Part shown: positions 50,078 to 60,226 of the stretch, piece after piece
Layout: the number at the start of each line of letters is the position of its first letter
Numbering within the stretch: the stretch's first letter is position 1
DNA from: Dehalococcoidia bacterium
GTDB taxonomy: Bacteria; Chloroflexota; Dehalococcoidia; Lucifugimonadales; UBA2985
Direction: 5' to 3'
NCBI GenBank assembly: GCA_034421435.1
Contig: DAOUKJ010000027.1
Coordinates: 7,298-71,297 of the forward strand
Length of the DNA stretch: 64,000 nt
Notes under the pieces: model-generated
Databases searched by the model: none
Told to the model about the DNA's origin: nothing
What the model saw: the letters and a program-made list of their open reading frames with translations, nothing else
Made by a program: the position numbers and the translations under genes

Positions 50078-52609
50078 TTGACCTCGCAAACCCCACTCAG
50101 GCAGCAGTACCTACGCATCAAGGGGGAGCACCCGGACGCCCTGCTGCTCTTCCGCATGGGCGACTTCTACGAGACGTTCGACGAGGATGCGCGGCTGGCT
50201 GCCAGGGAGCTTGAGATCGCGCTCACCTCGCGTGAGATGGGCAAGGGCCAGCGAGTCCCGCTTGCGGGTATTCCGTATCACGCACTCGAAAGCTATCTTG
50301 CCAGGCTGATCCGCAAGGGGCATCGGGTGGCCATCTGCGAGCAGGTGGGGGACACCTCCGGGCCTGGGCTGGTGGAGCGTCGAGTCGTGCGGGTGGTCAC
50401 GCCTGGCACTCTCACGGAAACCTCGCTGCTGGAGCAGAGCGCCAACAACTACCTGGCCTCCGTGACGATTCAGGGCAACGACGCGGGCCTTGCCTACGTG
50501 GACATCACCACGGGCGAGTTCGCCACAACGCAGATTCCCGTCGACGACCTGCCGCTGGAGATTGAGCGGCTGGGCGCTTCGGAGGTGGTGGCGCCGGAAG
50601 GCTGCGACGTCCCGCCTTCCGGCCACGACTTCCTGCTAACTGCCCAGGATCCAGCTACATTCCGCCACGCAGAGGCCGAGCAGACGCTGCTGGACCACTT
50701 CGGCGTAGCCACGCTGGAGGCCTATGGCTGCCACGGCATGCCGCTGGCAGTGAGCGCGTCGGGAGCCATCCTCGCGTACCTCAACAAAACGCAAAAACCA
50801 GCGCTCGGGCGGCTCCAAGGCCTGTACACCTACTCACCGAGGGCGTTCATGGTGCTGGACCAGCAGACGCGGCGCAACCTGGAGCTGTTCCAGGCAGGCA
50901 GGTGGGGCGAAGCCTCGCACTCGCTGCTGTCCACAATCGACCTCACGGCCACGCCTATGGGCGGACGCCTGCTGAGGCGCTGGCTAGGCCAGCCGCTGCT
51001 CGACCTGGCTGAGCTTGAGCGCAGGCTGGACGCAGTCGAGGCCCTTCATTCAGACAGCATACGACGCGGGGAAGTGCTGGCCTGCCTCCGGGACATCCCT
51101 GACCTGGAGCGCCTGCTGAGCCGCACGGCCACCGGCATAGCGGTGCCACGAGAGGTGGTCGGGCTGAAGGCCGGGCTGGAGTCCGCTTCACGGCTGCGCG
51201 CGCTGCTGGAATCCAGCGACGCCGTGCCCACGTGGCTCTGGAACACCATAGACCCCTGCGAGGCCGTCACAACGCTCATATCGCATGCGCTGGAGGACTC
51301 GCCCGACGGCGGCGGCACCATTCGCAGGGGCTTCTCGCCGGAGCTGGACGAGCTGCGAGACGTCTCCCGCAACGGGCGCGAGTACATCGCCGGCCTGGAG
51401 CGCAAGGAGCGGGACAAGACGGGCATCAGGTCGCTGAAGGTGGGCTACAACCGCGTATTCGGCTACTACATCGAGGTGAGCAACCCCAATCTGGCGCAGG
51501 TGCCTGACGACTACACCCGGCGACAGACCCTGGTGGGAGGGGAGCGCTTCATCACGCCCGAGCTCAAGGAGTACGAGTCGATGCTCCTGAACGCCCAGGA
51601 GCGAATGGAGGAACTGGAGAACACACTGTTCCGGCAGGTTTGCGCCCAGGTCACTGAGTACGACCGCGCGATCGCCGGGACGGCCGCTGCCGTGGCCAAT
51701 GCGGACGTGCTGGCCGCCCTCGCGGAGGGGGCATCGCGCTTCGGCTACGTGCGCCCAGCGCTCAACCTGGAGGACGCCATAGAGATCAAGGACGGGCGGC
51801 ATCCCATGGTGGAGCGCACCCTGCCCGCGGGCGCATTCGTGCCGAACGACACGCGACTGAGCAGCAGCGACGCCCAGCTGTCCGTCATCACCGGGCCCAA
51901 CATGTCCGGCAAATCCACGTACATACGACAGGTGGCACTCATCGTGCTGCTGGCGCAGATAGGCAGCTTTGTGCCCGCGGACTCGGCCACCATAGGGATA
52001 GTGGACAGGGTGTTCACCCGAATTGGCCTGCAGGACGACCTGTCCACGGGCCAATCCACGTTCATGGTGGAGATGGTGGAGACGGCGGGCATCCTGCACC
52101 ACGCGACGCCGCGGTCGCTGGTAGTGCTCGACGAGATAGGGCGGGGCACAAGCACCTACGACGGCCTGGCGATCGCACGGGCCACCGCCGAGCACATCCA
52201 CAACAGCCCGCGCCTCGGCTGCAAGACGCTGTTTGCTACTCATTACCACGAGCTGACCAAGCTGGCGGACACGCTGCCGCGAGTGCGTAACCTGAACGTG
52301 GCGGCCGTGGAGTCCGAGGGTGGAGTCGTGTTCCTGCACCGCATCGTGCCCGGCGGCGCCGATAGGAGCTACGGCGTGCACGTGGCGCAGCTCGCGGGCA
52401 TTCCGCCTTCGGTGGTGGCGCGGGCGTGGGACCTGCTGTCGGAGCTGGAGCGCGACGGGCTCAAGGTCACGCCCCGGCAGAGGATGCTGTTCACTGTGGA
52501 CAGCGCGCTGGTGGAGGAGCTGAAGCGGCTGGACGTGTCGTCGATGACGCCGCTGGAGGCCATCACCGCCCTGTACGAGCTACAGCGCCGCGCGAGCGAG
52601 GAGGGATAG
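50078..52609 (+). CDS. mutS: DNA mismatch repair protein MutS
   Basis: TPLRQQYLRIKGEHPDALLLFRMGDFYE N-terminus and GPNMSGKST Walker A. Start placed at TTG 50078; the ORF-track ATG is 50009. Confidence 0.93.
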   Translation: MTSQTPLRQQYLRIKGEHPDALLLFRMGDFYETFDEDARLAARELEIALTSREMGKGQRVPLAGIPYHALESYLARLIRKGHRVAICEQVGDTSGPGLVERRVVRVVTPGTLTETSLLEQSANNYLASVTIQGNDAGLAYVDITTGEFATTQIPVDDLPLEIERLGASEVVAPEGCDVPPSGHDFLLTAQDPATFRHAEAEQTLLDHFGVATLEAYGCHGMPLAVSASGAILAYLNKTQKPALGRLQGLYTYSPRAFMVLDQQTRRNLELFQAGRWGEASHSLLSTIDLTATPMGGRLLRRWLGQPLLDLAELERRLDAVEALHSDSIRRGEVLACLRDIPDLERLLSRTATGIAVPREVVGLKAGLESASRLRALLESSDAVPTWLWNTIDPCEAVTTLISHALEDSPDGGGTIRRGFSPELDELRDVSRNGREYIAGLERKERDKTGIRSLKVGYNRVFGYYIEVSNPNLAQVPDDYTRRQTLVGGERFITPELKEYESMLLNAQERMEELENTLFRQVCAQVTEYDRAIAGTAAAVANADVLAALAEGASRFGYVRPALNLEDAIEIKDGRHPMVERTLPAGAFVPNDTRLSSSDAQLSVITGPNMSGKSTYIRQVALIVLLAQIGSFVPADSATIGIVDRVFTRIGLQDDLSTGQSTFMVEMVETAGILHHATPRSLVVLDEIGRGTSTYDGLAIARATAEHIHNSPRLGCKTLFATHYHELTKLADTLPRVRNLNVAAVESEGGVVFLHRIVPGGADRSYGVHVAQLAGIPPSVVARAWDLLSELERDGLKVTPRQRMLFTVDSALVEELKRLDVSSMTPLEAITALYELQRRASEEG

Positions 52610-52666
52610 GGACGCGAGTCCTACGCCTTGCCCGTTCCCGCGGGCGGCCGGTATAATTTACATCGG

Positions 52667-53116
52667 ATGCCCGGGTTGCCCACTGTGAACATCTTCTTCG
52701 ATTGCGACTACACCATCATTGCCATGAACGGCGGCCTTCGCCCCGGAGTTCGCGAGCTGTTCCAGCGTCTCACGGACGACGGACACACCCTCTACGTCTG
52801 GTCAGGCATGGGCATCAGGTGGCGGGAGGTCCGCAAGCACAAGCTGGACGACCTCGTAACCGATTGCTTCCACAAGCCGATTTTCGACTACCGGAACCGC
52901 ATGAAGACCCTTGGCGTCACGGTTGAGCCTGACCTGGTAATCGACGACTACCCGGACATCGTGGCGACCCTGGGCGGCGTCCGCGTCAAGGCCTACCTGT
53001 ACGAGAATCAGGCCGACAGGGAGATGGAGCGCATCTACCCCATCATCACGACTCTCTGTGACAAGCTCTCGCATTTCGACGACGGCGCCCCGCATCAGTC
53101 GCGAGGCTCCCGCTAG
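52667..53116 (+). CDS. HAD-like hydrolase-fold small protein
   Basis: NIFFDCDYTII (DxDxT-like motif I) and a later VIDDYPD (motif IV-like). 149 aa from ATG 52667. Confidence 0.55.
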   Translation: MPGLPTVNIFFDCDYTIIAMNGGLRPGVRELFQRLTDDGHTLYVWSGMGIRWREVRKHKLDDLVTDCFHKPIFDYRNRMKTLGVTVEPDLVIDDYPDIVATLGGVRVKAYLYENQADREMERIYPIITTLCDKLSHFDDGAPHQSRGSR

Positions 53117-53123
53117 GCGCGCC

Positions 53124-54851
53124 ATGCCGATCCGGGTACTCCCACCACGGCAGGCCGCACGAATCGCCGCGGGCGAGGTCGTCGAGCGGCCGGCCTCCGT
53201 GGTCAAGGAGCTGGTGGACAACGCCATCGACGCGGGCGCAGGATCCGTCACCGTGGAAATTCGAGGCGGCGGTCTGGAGCTGATCCGCGTGGTGGACGAC
53301 GGCAGCGGCATACCGCCAGAGGAGGCGCCTCTTGCCTTCCAGCGCTTCGCCACAAGCAAGCTGCCCGCCGACGGTAGCCTCGATAATATCGATACACTTG
53401 GCTTCCGGGGCGAGGCTCTGCCCAGCATCGCCTCGGTGTCCGGCGTCACGCTGGTCACACGCACGGCAGACCAGTCGGCAGGCACGCAGGTTGAATTGGA
53501 GGGCGGGGAGATCGTGCGGGTGTCGCCGCAGGGAAGCCCATCCGGCACGTCAGTGGCCGTGCGCGGGCTGTTTCGGAACGTACCGGCGCGGCTCAAGTTC
53601 CTCAGGTCGGAGTCGGCCGAGGCCGGGCGCGTACAGACGCTCGTGCAGCAGTTCGCGCTGGCATTCCCGGAGGTGCGATTCCGCCTGGAGGTGGATGGCA
53701 GGGCAGCGTTCACTGCGCCCGGCAGCGGAGGCCTGCGCGACGCCTGCGCGGCCGTCTACGGAGTGAAGATCGCACAGTCGCTTCTGGACGCCGCCTCTCC
53801 TGAAGATGCCGGCCCCGACGTGCCGGCTATCCGCGGACTCATAAGCCCGCCCGACGTGAGCCGATCAACGCGCGGCCAGATCAGCCTGCTGGTGAACCGG
53901 CGATGGATCCAGAGCCGAGCGCTGACGTACGCACTCGAAGAGGCCTACCAGGGCTTCCTCATGGAGCGTCGCCATCCGCTTGCTGTCCTGCACATCACCG
54001 TGCCTCCACAGGACATAGACGTCAACGTTCATCCCGCCAAGCTGGAGGTGCGTTTTCGAAAGGAGCGGGAGGTCTTTTCGGTGCTGCAACGCGCGGTAAG
54101 GGGCGCGCTGGTGGCGCAGTCGCCGGTGCCCACGGTGAGCGTCGGCCTGGCGCCGTCGAGGCCCGTTGGCGGTTTCACGACGGGCGCAACGGCTCCACCG
54201 CAGCAGGTGCAGGTGCAGCAGGCCCTGACGATGCTCGCGCCGGAAGGATGGTCGTCAGAGCAGACAACGCCCCGGCAGGTTGTGCCCGCGCTGCGGGTGA
54301 TTGGGCAGGTGCAGAGCCTGTACATCGTTGCGGAGGGCCCGGGCGGCGTGTATCTGGTCGACCAGCACGCGGCGCACGAGCGAGTGCTGTACGAGAAGGT
54401 GCAGCAGGAACTGAGTCAGCAGGCAACGCAGGTGCAGGGCTTGCTCGAACCCGTGGTGATCGAGCTGAGCGCAACGCAGGAGGAGATCCTGGAGGGCGGA
54501 TTCGACATATGGTCCCGCTACGGGTTCGAACTGGAGAGGTTCGGGCAGCGGACCTACCTGCTGCGGGCGGTGCCGGCAACGCTGCGAGACGCCGACCCGG
54601 AAGAGGCGTTCCTCGCCATCCTGGAGGACGTAAGCGGCGGCGTCAACGCAACGGAGTGGGAGGAAGAGATGGCAAAGTCGCTATCCTGCCACGCTGCGGT
54701 CAGGGCAGGCAAGACCCTGCGGCAGGAGGAGATGGAGAGCTTGCTGGCGCAGCTTGTGGCCTGCGAGCGACCCAACACCTGCCCGCACGGGCGCCCCACG
54801 ATGTTGCACCTCAGCTCCGCGCACCTGCAGCGGGAGTTTGGACGGCGATAG
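53124..54851 (+). CDS. mutL: DNA mismatch repair protein MutL
   Basis: IAAGEVVERPASVVKELVDNAIDAGA GHKL ATPase motif. C-terminal dimerisation/endonuclease region with CPHGRPT. ATG 53124. Confidence 0.93.
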   Translation: MPIRVLPPRQAARIAAGEVVERPASVVKELVDNAIDAGAGSVTVEIRGGGLELIRVVDDGSGIPPEEAPLAFQRFATSKLPADGSLDNIDTLGFRGEALPSIASVSGVTLVTRTADQSAGTQVELEGGEIVRVSPQGSPSGTSVAVRGLFRNVPARLKFLRSESAEAGRVQTLVQQFALAFPEVRFRLEVDGRAAFTAPGSGGLRDACAAVYGVKIAQSLLDAASPEDAGPDVPAIRGLISPPDVSRSTRGQISLLVNRRWIQSRALTYALEEAYQGFLMERRHPLAVLHITVPPQDIDVNVHPAKLEVRFRKEREVFSVLQRAVRGALVAQSPVPTVSVGLAPSRPVGGFTTGATAPPQQVQVQQALTMLAPEGWSSEQTTPRQVVPALRVIGQVQSLYIVAEGPGGVYLVDQHAAHERVLYEKVQQELSQQATQVQGLLEPVVIELSATQEEILEGGFDIWSRYGFELERFGQRTYLLRAVPATLRDADPEEAFLAILEDVSGGVNATEWEEEMAKSLSCHAAVRAGKTLRQEEMESLLAQLVACERPNTCPHGRPTMLHLSSAHLQREFGRR

Positions 54852-54956
54852 CGACTGGCGCCAGCCTGCGCGTGCCGAACGGGCTAGTCGGGAGACCGCG
54901 CTGCGGTCGCGACGCGTATGGCGGGTGGAAGGAAGGGGAGAGCGAACCGGAAAGCG

Positions 54957-55694
54957 CTACCGCTCCAGGTACTCCTTGACCATATCTCGGCGGGCGTCCT
55001 CAGTGTCACGCGCCCGGTACTGCTCAAGGAGGCCCGGCACGTCCGAGTAAGGCACAAGCTCGTCGCCCTCGTACAGGATGGGGAAGCGGTGAATGGACTT
55101 GAGCAGCGAGCCGAACAGCGGTATCGAGTTGCTCCTCTGGATCTGGCCCAGGCTCTCCACAACCCGCTCCACACGCTGAACCTCGTCCCAGAAGCTCAGG
55201 TAGTCGGAAAGGTAGGCTCTCTGGGGAGGCCCTCCGTCCCTGGCCTTTACCTCGTCGAGGATCTGGGATACGCCAAGCAGCCCGTGCTCTCCTTCAACCC
55301 AGATCAGCACCTTGCCCTGGCACTGGATGGTCGCCTCGTCCTCGGCGGCCTGCTCCACGTTGTTTAGGATGCAGTCGATGCGCTCCTGGAGAGTGAGGTA
55401 GTCCATGACCAGGTCGATCTTGCCTTCACGCACGTCAACGGACCTGACGCCGCTGACCAGGTCAGGGAGGTCGTCGGAGTAGACCAGGACGCTCCCGTCG
55501 ATCTCAATATTGCCGCTGGGAGCCGACGCAGCGTCGATCTCGTCCAGAACCAGCTCGGCATTGGTGGCTATCTCGTCGGTGACGCAGCCTGCTGCGGGTG
55601 CGAGGAGGAGCAACAGCAGCGCCGGAATGCTCCATGACCGGAGGAGACTGCCGGCGCGCCTGGACTTGGACGGTTTGCGAATGTGCTTCCGCAC
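54957..55694 (-). CDS. hypothetical lipoprotein
   Basis: Signal peptide with lipobox LLAPAAGC. 245 aa, acidic, with no recognised domain. Confidence 0.6.
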   Translation of the reverse strand: MRKHIRKPSKSRRAGSLLRSWSIPALLLLLLAPAAGCVTDEIATNAELVLDEIDAASAPSGNIEIDGSVLVYSDDLPDLVSGVRSVDVREGKIDLVMDYLTLQERIDCILNNVEQAAEDEATIQCQGKVLIWVEGEHGLLGVSQILDEVKARDGGPPQRAYLSDYLSFWDEVQRVERVVESLGQIQRSNSIPLFGSLLKSIHRFPILYEGDELVPYSDVPGLLEQYRARDTEDARRDMVKEYLER

Positions 55695-55698
55695 GAGG

Positions 55699-55932
55699 CT
55701 ATCTCAGCCTGATCTGCTCCAGCTTGTTTCGCCAGAACCGCAAGCGGGAGCCGGGTCTTGGCGTGAAGAGCGAATCGGAAGCGGGGCTACCGGCGGCGCC
55801 TGAGCGGGACGACAGGGACAGCCTTCGACTGGTGGCGGCTACGGCGGCCGCGGCCCCAAGGGCGATGGCGGCCCGCGTAAGAAACTCGCGCCTGTTCAGC
55901 AGCCGTGCAGTCCTCTCTGAGCTGTCCGTCAT
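55699..55932 (-). CDS. small protein with a twin-arginine (Tat) signal-like N-terminus
   Basis: MTDSSERTARLLNRREFLTRAAIALGAAAAVAA... AGGAGG RBS 5 nt upstream of ATG 55932. Only about 45 residues follow the signal. Confidence 0.45.
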   Translation of the reverse strand: MTDSSERTARLLNRREFLTRAAIALGAAAAVAATSRRLSLSSRSGAAGSPASDSLFTPRPGSRLRFWRNKLEQIRLR

Positions 55933-55984
55933 GTATGCCTCCTGAAGCGCTTCTGAGACTTGCTGCAACCCCGGTGAATTCCTA

Positions 55985-56014
55985 TTGACTTACCGGCAAG
56001 CCCGATTGTACACT
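55985..56014 (+). promoter_or_regulatory. possible promoter of the act operon
   Basis: TTGACT (55985-55990), 18-nt spacer, TACACT (56009-56014). Confidence 0.3.
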
Positions 56015-56138
56015 ACCTGAGGCTTGTTGCAAAGCCCATAGGAGGGGCAGAACAGGCGGGTACGGACGAGCGCCAAACGGCGACGCCGGCCCACCGGGGA
56101 GGCAGTGGGTGAGGAAAGCAGTGAACTAGGAAAAAGAG

Positions 56139-56429
56139 ATGGATCCAGAGTTCATCACGAGCGCCGACTGGGAAGAGATCGGCAACCTGCTCCACTTCTA
56201 TTGGTTCGTACTACTCTTTGCAATTGGGTTTGGATTCAACTTCCTGATGGCGCACGCCATCATCCCCTCGCTCATCGGTACCGGGCATCTGCCCGAAGGC
56301 GTTGGCAAGTCCCGTAGGTTCTTCTACATGGGCGCGCTGGTCTCGCTTGGGTTGGTGCTCTTCTTCCTCCTGAGAATCGTGCAGGAGGCCCACATCCTGA
56401 AGTCAGTATGGGAGCGCTGGTGGATTTGA
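56139..56429 (+). CDS. small membrane protein (2-3 TM) at the head of the act operon
   Basis: 96 aa. AGGAAAAAGAG RBS. Hydrophobic segments FYWFVLLFAIGFGFNFLMAHAII and FFYMGALVSLGLVLFFLL. Confidence 0.5.
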   Translation: MDPEFITSADWEEIGNLLHFYWFVLLFAIGFGFNFLMAHAIIPSLIGTGHLPEGVGKSRRFFYMGALVSLGLVLFFLLRIVQEAHILKSVWERWWI

Positions 56430-56478
56430 TGGCTGGTCGGGCGTCGGCCTCCATCACGGAAACCCAGACTACACGCAA

Positions 56479-57150
56479 ATGCTAAAGTTTGTTGCACTAG
56501 GAGCGTTGCTGGGTGGCCTGGCGGCCGGAGGACTCGTAACAGTGCTCATCCTGGGATTTGTGCTCCGCGCGTGGTGGAGCACTCCCTTCGAGGTCCTCGG
56601 GTTCGGAGGCCCGCCGGAGCAGCCCATACCATTCCCACACCCCGTCCACGCAGGCATCGGCGATCTGCTCGACTCGGACGGCAATGTCGTCTACTACGCC
56701 GACGGAGAGCCCAAGACTGCTCTTGGCTTGGACTGCACGTACTGCCACCGCAACGTGGACAAGGGCGCGTCCGCTTCCGTTCCGCCCGTGGAGCAGTGCA
56801 TCTTCTGCCACAAGGCTGTGCAGGAAGGAGAGGACAACCCGCTTCCAGGGTTAGCCAACCTGTTAAGCGCGTGGGAGAACAAGGAGCCTGTTGTATGGGA
56901 ACGCGTGCACCGGCTGCCGGACAGTGTCCGGTTTGTGCACGAGGCCCACATCCGCTACTTTACGCAGCAGGGCAACCTGCTGCCGTCCGGCGAACAGGCG
57001 ACGGTCGCCGCCAACGTGTGCTCAACGTGCCACGGCGACGTGGCCGCCATGGCCGAGGTGAAGCAGGTGCGGAGCCTCAAGATGGGCGACTGCCTGGACT
57101 GCCACCGGGACTACGGCGCCCCGACGGACTGCACTACGTGTCACTACTAA
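56479..57150 (+). CDS. actA: Alternative Complex III subunit ActA (pentaheme cytochrome c)
   Basis: N-terminal TM anchor and five CxxCH motifs (CTYCH, CIFCH, CSTCH, CLDCH, CTTCH). Confidence 0.85.
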   Translation: MLKFVALGALLGGLAAGGLVTVLILGFVLRAWWSTPFEVLGFGGPPEQPIPFPHPVHAGIGDLLDSDGNVVYYADGEPKTALGLDCTYCHRNVDKGASASVPPVEQCIFCHKAVQEGEDNPLPGLANLLSAWENKEPVVWERVHRLPDSVRFVHEAHIRYFTQQGNLLPSGEQATVAANVCSTCHGDVAAMAEVKQVRSLKMGDCLDCHRDYGAPTDCTTCHY

Positions 57151-57165
57151 GGATTGCATAGAGTC

Positions 57166-59427
57166 ATGGGCATAACCAGAAGACAGTTCCTCAAGTGGTC
57201 AGGAGTCTCGGCCGTAGGGGCCGTGGCCTTCAACGGCTGTCTCATACCGGAAGAGGAGCTCCAGATTGAGAGTCCGGTCTTCCTGCCCGAGGACCTGGTC
57301 AGCGGCATCGACAACTGGTACGCCACGCTCTGCCGGCAGGACGCGGAGGGCTGCGGCATCATCATCCGTGTCGTTGAGGGCCGCGCAAAGAAGGTCGAAG
57401 GCAACCCGGACTACCCGCTCAACCAGGGCAAGCACAACGCAAGGAGTGAGGCCGGGCTGCAGGCCCTGTACCACCCGGACCGGATCAGCGAGCCGCTCGC
57501 TCGCGAGGGGGACGCTCACGTCCCAATCTCGTGGGATGAGGCCCGCCGGCGCATTACCGACCGCATGAACGGCCTGTCGGACAGGAGCAGATTTCTCCTG
57601 GTGACGCAGCCATTGCGCGGTCACCAGGCGCTGCTGGCCAGCGAGTTCGTGAAGACGTACGGCGGCAGATCGATGGCCTACGAGACACTGGAGCAGGTCA
57701 CTCTCCGCCGGGCAATCCTTGAGGTGTTTGAGCAGGAGAGGATGCCAGTCTTCGACATCGAGAACTGCAAGTATCTGCTGTCGTTTGGGGCGGACTTCCT
57801 GTCAACGTGGGTTTCGCCGGTGAAGTTCTCCAGAGGATACGGCGAACTGCGGCAGGGCAGCTCGCACCGCGGGCTGCACGTTCAGGTAGACCCGCGCTTC
57901 TCCATGACGGCGGCAAACGCCGACGAGTGGGTACCGGTCAAGCCGGGCGGCGAGGGCGTGCTCGCAATGAGCATGGCGTACGTCATCATGCGCGACGGCC
58001 TGGGGGACTCTGCGGCCGCGGACGCTCTCACGGGCGGCGGCGGACACGAGGCCCTGGTGGCGTTCAGTCCCGACAACCAGCAGGTGCGCGACGCAACCGG
58101 CGTTGAGCCTGCACGCATCGAGGAGCTGGCCCACGCATTCGCTGATCCCCACAACCGGCCGGTCATGGCCATCGGCGGCGGCTCCGCGGGCGCGCACACA
58201 AGCGGCCTCTTCAACCTCAAGGCAATCTACTCGCTCAACCTGCTCGTGGGCAGCGTGAACACGCCGGGCGGCGTTCTCTACAACCCGGCGCCTCCTCTGC
58301 CTGAGCTTGCCACCACGGACGTTATGGCTATGGGCTCCCCTGCGTCCTTCAGCCAGTGGAGGGACCTGGACCGCCCGCAGGTGCTTATGATCAGGGGAGT
58401 CAACCCCGTTCACGGCCTGCCTGCCAGCGCCAACTTCCGCGCGGCCGTGGAGGGCGCGGAGTTCGTCGTGGCCTTCTCCAGCTTCATGGATGAGACCACG
58501 GCCATGGCCGACCTGGTTCTCCCTGAGCATACCTACCTGGAGGACTGGGGCGACGACATCCCGGACCCGGCGCCTGGCTACGAGGTCATCGGGCTGCAGC
58601 AGCCCGTGGTCAGCCCGTTCCACGACGGCACGCGAGGCTTCGGAGACGAACTGCTCATCCTTGGCCGTGCGCTTGGCCTGGATCTTGACTCCCGGCTGGG
58701 CCTCGCAGAAGTGACCGACTCGACCATGCAAGACCTGCTGCAACAGGGAGCAATGAGGCTCTGGGAGATGGATCGCGGCTCCGTGAGGGCATCGTCGTTC
58801 GACGGCTTCTGGAACGGCGTGCTCCAGAGAGGCGGCTGGTGGGATACCGCTGCCGTCAACAACAGCGGCGTCAGGAACATCAAGCAACTCGACACGGCCT
58901 GGCCGGAGATCTCATTCAGTGACGCGCCCGGCGGACGTGCATTCAGCCTCATCCCGTTCGTGTCCAACTCGATTGGGGACGGGCACCTGGCCCACCTGCC
59001 GTGGCTCCAGGCAACGCCTGACCCGATTACCAGCGTCGTCTGGCACACGTGGGTCGAGATGAACACGCGAACGGCGGAAGAGATGGGGCTGAACACGGGC
59101 GACCTGGTTGTGGTTACCGCCGAGGGCAACCGCACGCTTGAGGTCCCCGTGTACCCGCACCCGGGCGTCCCGCCGGACACGGTGTCGATGCCGATTGGTC
59201 AGGGCCATTCGGGGTTCGGCAGGTACGCCGATAGCGTGGGCGCAAACACCTTATCGCTGTTGTCCGCATTGACCGACGGCCAGACTGGCGCGCTGGCATG
59301 GGCGGCCACGAAAGTTCGCGTGGAGAAGTCGAACCTGAGCATCGACATACCCAGGTTCGAGGGCAACCAGCTCGCCGAAGAAGCCGACGAGCAGGCCATC
59401 ATCAAGATAACCAAGCCGGATCACTAG
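57166..59427 (+). CDS. actB1: Alternative Complex III subunit ActB, molybdopterin-oxidoreductase-like half (B1)
   Basis: Tat signal MGITRRQFLKWSGVSAVGAVAF and a MopB-fold body. Followed by a separate Fe-S gene. Confidence 0.85.
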   Translation: MGITRRQFLKWSGVSAVGAVAFNGCLIPEEELQIESPVFLPEDLVSGIDNWYATLCRQDAEGCGIIIRVVEGRAKKVEGNPDYPLNQGKHNARSEAGLQALYHPDRISEPLAREGDAHVPISWDEARRRITDRMNGLSDRSRFLLVTQPLRGHQALLASEFVKTYGGRSMAYETLEQVTLRRAILEVFEQERMPVFDIENCKYLLSFGADFLSTWVSPVKFSRGYGELRQGSSHRGLHVQVDPRFSMTAANADEWVPVKPGGEGVLAMSMAYVIMRDGLGDSAAADALTGGGGHEALVAFSPDNQQVRDATGVEPARIEELAHAFADPHNRPVMAIGGGSAGAHTSGLFNLKAIYSLNLLVGSVNTPGGVLYNPAPPLPELATTDVMAMGSPASFSQWRDLDRPQVLMIRGVNPVHGLPASANFRAAVEGAEFVVAFSSFMDETTAMADLVLPEHTYLEDWGDDIPDPAPGYEVIGLQQPVVSPFHDGTRGFGDELLILGRALGLDLDSRLGLAEVTDSTMQDLLQQGAMRLWEMDRGSVRASSFDGFWNGVLQRGGWWDTAAVNNSGVRNIKQLDTAWPEISFSDAPGGRAFSLIPFVSNSIGDGHLAHLPWLQATPDPITSVVWHTWVEMNTRTAEEMGLNTGDLVVVTAEGNRTLEVPVYPHPGVPPDTVSMPIGQGHSGFGRYADSVGANTLSLLSALTDGQTGALAWAATKVRVEKSNLSIDIPRFEGNQLAEEADEQAIIKITKPDH

Positions 59428-59458
59428 GCCGGAAGCAGAGGATCACCAGGAGAATGGT

Positions 59459-60226
59459 ATGACCACAGAGCAGATTCGTCACAAGTGGGGGATGGTCGTC
59501 GACATAGACCGCTGCACCGGCTGCCAGGCGTGCGTAGTGGCCTGCCAGGCGGAGAACAACGTCCCGATCAACACGGAGGACGTCTTCCGGCAGCGCCGGG
59601 CCATCCAGTGGATTCACGTGGAGCGATACTGGGAGGGCGAGTTCCCGAACGTAAGGGCCCGCTTCATTCCGGTATTCTGCCAGCACTGCGAGAACGCTCC
59701 CTGCGAGCCGGTCTGCCCCGTGTACGCCACCTACCACAACAACCAGGGCATGAACGTGCAGGTCTACAATCGCTGCGTGGGCACCCGCTACTGCGCCAAC
59801 AACTGCACGTACAACGTACGCTTCTTCAACTACTGGGAGCCGGTGTGGCCGGAGAGCCTCCGCAACCAGCTGAACCCGGACGTGTCCATGCGGAGCCGGG
59901 GCATCATGGAGAAGTGCAGCTTCAACGTCCAGCGCCTGCAGAAGGCCCAGAGGACCATCGAAGGGCAGCAGGGCGGCCGTCTGACGGATGAGAATATGAA
60001 GGAAGGCAACTTCCTGCCGGCCTGCGTGCAGGCCTGCCCGACCAACGCGCTCGTTTTCGGCGACTTCCATGACCCGAACAGCCGGGTGTCGCAGCTCAAG
60101 GAGGAGCACCTGGACGGGCACGGCAGGGGATACAAGCTGCTGGAGCACGTGGGAACCGAGCCCAACGTCATCTACCTGAAGAAGGTGGATATCCACGCCA
60201 AGGATGTGGTCGACAGCCATGCATGA
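59459..60226 (+). CDS. actB2: Alternative Complex III subunit ActB, 4Fe-4S ferredoxin half (B2)
   Basis: CTGCQACVVAC, CQHCENAPCEPVCP, CVGTRYCANNC and ACVQACP cluster motifs. GGAGA RBS. Confidence 0.85.
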   Translation: MTTEQIRHKWGMVVDIDRCTGCQACVVACQAENNVPINTEDVFRQRRAIQWIHVERYWEGEFPNVRARFIPVFCQHCENAPCEPVCPVYATYHNNQGMNVQVYNRCVGTRYCANNCTYNVRFFNYWEPVWPESLRNQLNPDVSMRSRGIMEKCSFNVQRLQKAQRTIEGQQGGRLTDENMKEGNFLPACVQACPTNALVFGDFHDPNSRVSQLKEEHLDGHGRGYKLLEHVGTEPNVIYLKKVDIHAKDVVDSHA

